This document shows, piece after piece, positions 62,501-64,000 of a stretch of 64,000 bases of DNA (within the stretch, counting starts at the first letter, position 1; every line of letters begins with the position of its first letter). A model generated the notes under the pieces. The model saw only the letters and a program-made list of their open reading frames with translations. It had not been told where the DNA came from and did no database searches. Made by a program: the position numbers and the translations under genes. The stretch is taken from IMG/VR virus record IMGVR_UViG_3300043570_001980, positions 124,001-188,000 of that record; one strand, given 5' to 3'.

Positions 62501-64000
62501 CAGCCACTGAGAATGTTCCGTTGATGTTTTCGTCGGTGTTTAATAAGAACGCACCATTTAAAGTAACTGCGGTTGGACCAACAAGGGTTTCTGCAGTTGT
62601 ATACGAAGTAACTGCTGAATCAGTAACAATAAATCTTTCCACTGCTCGATCAAACACATAGGCCTGGCCAGCATTGGTTGCATTTGGTGCTCCGATAATC
62701 ACAGTACCACCTGTCTTTGGTGTGACCACACTCTGGCCAAATCTTGCTGTGTTGACTAATCCAGGAACAGTAAGCGCAGTTACAAATGTATAGTAAGTTT
62801 TACTTGTTACTGTAATCGACGAGTCTGCAGGTGGAATGGTGTTGAACACCAAATCCAGTGAGCTCAGTGCGCTGTCACTATTGAAATCATAGTCAATGAA
62901 CGGTCTGTACAGTTGTCCGTTAACTGTGACAGTGAATGAAAAGATATCTGTAGCGGTGTACAAATAAGGATCAAGTGGAAATACTGAAGTATTTGAAACT
63001 CCACTGCCTGACTGTGTGAATGAGACTATGCCTCCTGTTACCACTTCAGTTACGGTGATTGTCAGGTCATTGGCAGGGCTTGTACCACCACCAATGGTTG
63101 CGGCATCAATGACAATTGTGTTTGCAACTGCATAGGCTGTACCCGGTGAAGTCAATGTTACATAGTATACACCGCGATTTCTCCAGATGGTAAATTCAGC
63201 TCCTGATCCTGATCCTGAAGTTACATCTTGTGTGACATTATAATAAACCTGTTGATCAAGATTAACCGAACTATTACGTGTAACAACTAGTGGAAGACCA
63301 GCAGTTGGAACAGTACCAAGTACCACATTTTCTAGCGTTACTGTATAATCATCACCGTACACTAAAATTTCATCGCCAAGGGTTACTGTTATTTGTTCGT
63401 CGCTGTCAATAATAATACTGTTACTGTAGTTGTAAACATAGCTCACGCCGTCAGTGACATATCTGACTCTTTGTTCTGGTATATCAACTTGAGTAAACGC
63501 ATATACTTTATTGTTGCCCGGGGCACCAATGTACATCCATTGGTCGTTGGCGCTGACTACAACGCTGTGACCAAACTCGCCTTGGCCAAAATCCTGGTCA
63601 GGTGAAACCAATAGTTGTCTCTGTTCAAATACATTGCTAGAAGGATATTGATAAATTACACCAACATAACCTTGATTGTTATTGCTTTGACTGGCGCCGG
63701 CTGCGGCCCAATTTTCTCCGCCGATGTCAATGGCATTTCCATAGCCAACAGTTCCGGTGGCTCCTAGTTGAAGTAGTGTGTTCTGAATATATTGATCATT
63801 TTCAGCTTTGACATAGCTGTACACTCCGCCCGGGGCATCAACATTGTTGTTGGGATTGTATCCTGGAGCACCAACTAGAGCACCAATATTTTCAAAACCT
63901 TGGCTTACGCTAGCACCGAATCGTGAATTTTCAACGCTAACTGCTGGTGTTAAAATTGTCTTGAGTGCAAATGGACTTGTTTTTTCAATTACTATCCAGT
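56532..64000 (-). CDS. Very large virion structural protein (baseplate/adhesin-like) with FG-GAP-like propeller repeats; 5' truncated
   Basis: Frame is open to the window edge (>2480 aa); repeated FG.SV...IGAP motifs; YIQEVKPYHTQIRE. Confidence 0.8.
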   Translation of the reverse strand, partial: WIVIEKTSPFALKTILTPAVSVENSRFGASVSQGFENIGALVGAPGYNPNNNVDAPGGVYSYVKAENDQYIQNTLLQLGATGTVGYGNAIDIGGENWAAAGASQSNNNQGYVGVIYQYPSSNVFEQRQLLVSPDQDFGQGEFGHSVVVSANDQWMYIGAPGNNKVYAFTQVDIPEQRVRYVTDGVSYVYNYSNSIIIDSDEQITVTLGDEILVYGDDYTVTLENVVLGTVPTAGLPLVVTRNSSVNLDQQVYYNVTQDVTSGSGSGAEFTIWRNRGVYYVTLTSPGTAYAVANTIVIDAATIGGGTSPANDLTITVTEVVTGGIVSFTQSGSGVSNTSVFPLDPYLYTATDIFSFTVTVNGQLYRPFIDYDFNSDSALSSLDLVFNTIPPADSSITVTSKTYYTFVTALTVPGLVNTARFGQSVVTPKTGGTVIIGAPNATNAGQAYVFDRAVERFIVTDSAVTSYTTAETLVGPTAVTLNGAFLLNTDENINGTFSVAGNTVTITAALNVGDIIEIDTNQFNLIQTVEDEDQPAFANFGYTVEQCLSGCNLFVGAPLNGDRSPQGGAVEYYINQSGMYGTTTTTVANPTLTPGDSIRINNTVVECSGTTVAELADDIIAADIPNVTVLTIPDVELFGDGTTKIFDVGNIYSDAYSYTPVVYVRNVLQTLNVNYTYSSDNKQITFMLAPGLYDPIRVVAGRLTIGVKNFEASTPSYRLTVLPCHGTLFDSLGINTYVWLQDISPPVIQDYANFGKAISINTESTMLIIGAPNGSIVAPTTFDNGTTYFDDYSSNFFDPVKQSGVVYEYDFLPSANPSATNPGKWVFGQQIFEDTIQPLDALGAAVDYTSGHIFIGAPGADLGDSQVNYGKVLQIENPTRSQAWAVKHIQQPMVDIASMNTVFMYDRVTGAAKNYFDYFNPLQGRMLGVIEQNIDYTGAVDPAAYNVGTVNNYGSSWAQERVGKIWWNTTNVRFIDPNQDDIVYASRRWGQIFPGSSVDVYQWTATDVAPVNYTGPGTVYATDQYVVTSSLNEQGVFVTTYYFWVKGITTVSKTARKTLSPEAITRYIENPRASGIPYIAPINASTIAIYNGLDFISAQDTVLHVEFDRERTENEIHIEYQLIPQDRPDGFLIDSLYRKLQDSFCGEDTAGSPVPDPFLSPSDQYGVQFRPRQSMFVNRFLALQNYLQRSNIILAQYPISENRNLSLLNSEEPQPSVASGTWDKRVANIEELSYQNLAEVPYGYTYLVDSDSTNNGLWTIYETTPGFIPGEKVLSLVRVQSYNTKKYWNYIDWYLPGYNPLTRILIEVPTYSALTTISVPNGSSIKVTANAQGKWEIYLLENGVWNRVGLQDGTIEFSATLWNYSIGRFGFDVEVFDAQYYDQEPVTETRKIIQSINQELFVGDLLIERNRLLILMFNYILSEQEAPLWLTKTSLIDVDHTVRNLEPYQVYRADNQDFVLNYIQEVKPYHTQIREFNLRYQGDDIFQGNLTDFDVPAYYNTALNKFISPILEYNGLIYSDSESLAPITDPVWSTWPFTQWVNNYLLSIEDVTIVNGGSGYTIAPDVIVTGDCQTPAVMTALINSAGQVVAIEIINPGVGYQTTAIITLSGGNGSGAIVVAVMGNAMVRELTTTIKYDRCQYSSIVVAWEPNVNYSNGTLVRYDNRVWIADSSDSTGVQSSTFDPSEWEIRPAGELQGADRTMGYYVPTANEPGLDLGLLISGVTYPGVQVAAPSFASNTGYDVGNYDINPFDNISVGPDGQPSYDPSILDAIYESEFIDSYLGIRPTDVNVVGGEFIDTYSSYAPEELVPGAIFDTLDIRVVTTPGSDWDLNGHGFPKVDVAYAYDGIDNNFSFAGLVDYPDQVRVWNATTGQQLILGDHYIVNWVARTITVTSNISTGDNVSISVYGIGGGNQLYKYAFNGAVVNNGIVIPIGYSLIATFAIFVNGELDTDFTFTPTADVRGLPSTLLTLNNTYQVSDLVVVTAMGYTAGTTNYTYQWSTPLTQYFVSNGTALSFTLSESLSGTNPANIIVEKNGIRVRPAEGAEYISDGSSLQYYLPSRGAYSQSLVADNDVAVYIDTVPLILGVGYVVDPYVAGNDRTITLSSLPAIGSTVLISVRTASPYYLNGNQLIFKPNGGVIPVLGDVISVTTFNDTAQQELLTQVFVGPETQGAVITESYDETVYDLGTINNDPGSYDYSQGILIQTNKFDTGRPIANGARVSVTLDGRYLFENNDYYVDGQYIIIAGPPIGAASVVTIASYTDSVIPGGTEFRIFQDMRGLQTTYRVTTNTSTVLVQSVQENADIIYVDDASHLSDPDLPNGIFGIVIIEGERITYRSKDTGLNTISGLRRGTAGTAVASHSVGDDVINSGFSNALPLEYQDKIVYQNYLSAGTQTVFVAENISLTGDIDLLENAVQVYVAGTLQAGGYTVTSIAPVTVEFNTAPVQNYQVSIRVRQGKSWYEPGTTTASNGQALQVTNTQAARFIMGE

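Overview
Fragment of a large AT-rich tailed dsDNA phage genome (jumbo/T4-like organisation). The host is inferred to be a Betaproteobacterium from the tmRNA tag ANDSQFALAA, a Bug/TctC protein, a PbpG-like peptidase and a DUF4214-like protein. (1) 1.1-8.8 kb: array of 25 tRNA genes covering all 20 amino acids, all with encoded CCA, interleaved with unidentified structured RNAs closed by long RNase III-like stems and with antisense gene insertions. Each of the two tRNA blocks is preceded by a short unannotated leader ORF whose 3' end forms an antiterminator that competes with an intrinsic terminator. The leader codons mirror the tRNAs of the block downstream. This candidate translation-sensing attenuation system for phage tRNA supply is the top finding. 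(2) 8.8-25 kb: host-takeover and early genes, including rpoZ, dCMP deaminase, thyX, MoxR AAA+/VWA and envelope proteins, plus a circularly permuted two-piece tmRNA whose intervening spacer encodes a Trp-rich membrane micropeptide. (3) 25-53 kb: dense tailoring cluster (epimerase, two DegT aminotransferases flanking a DesII radical SAM enzyme, amidinotransferase, two flavin-dependent halogenases, aryl-CoA ligase, carbamoyltransferase, five radical SAM/twitch paralogs, many glycosyltransferase-like paralogs). (4) 53-64 kb: virion structural genes on the same strand as most of that cluster. All calls come from manual reading; no database searches were run.
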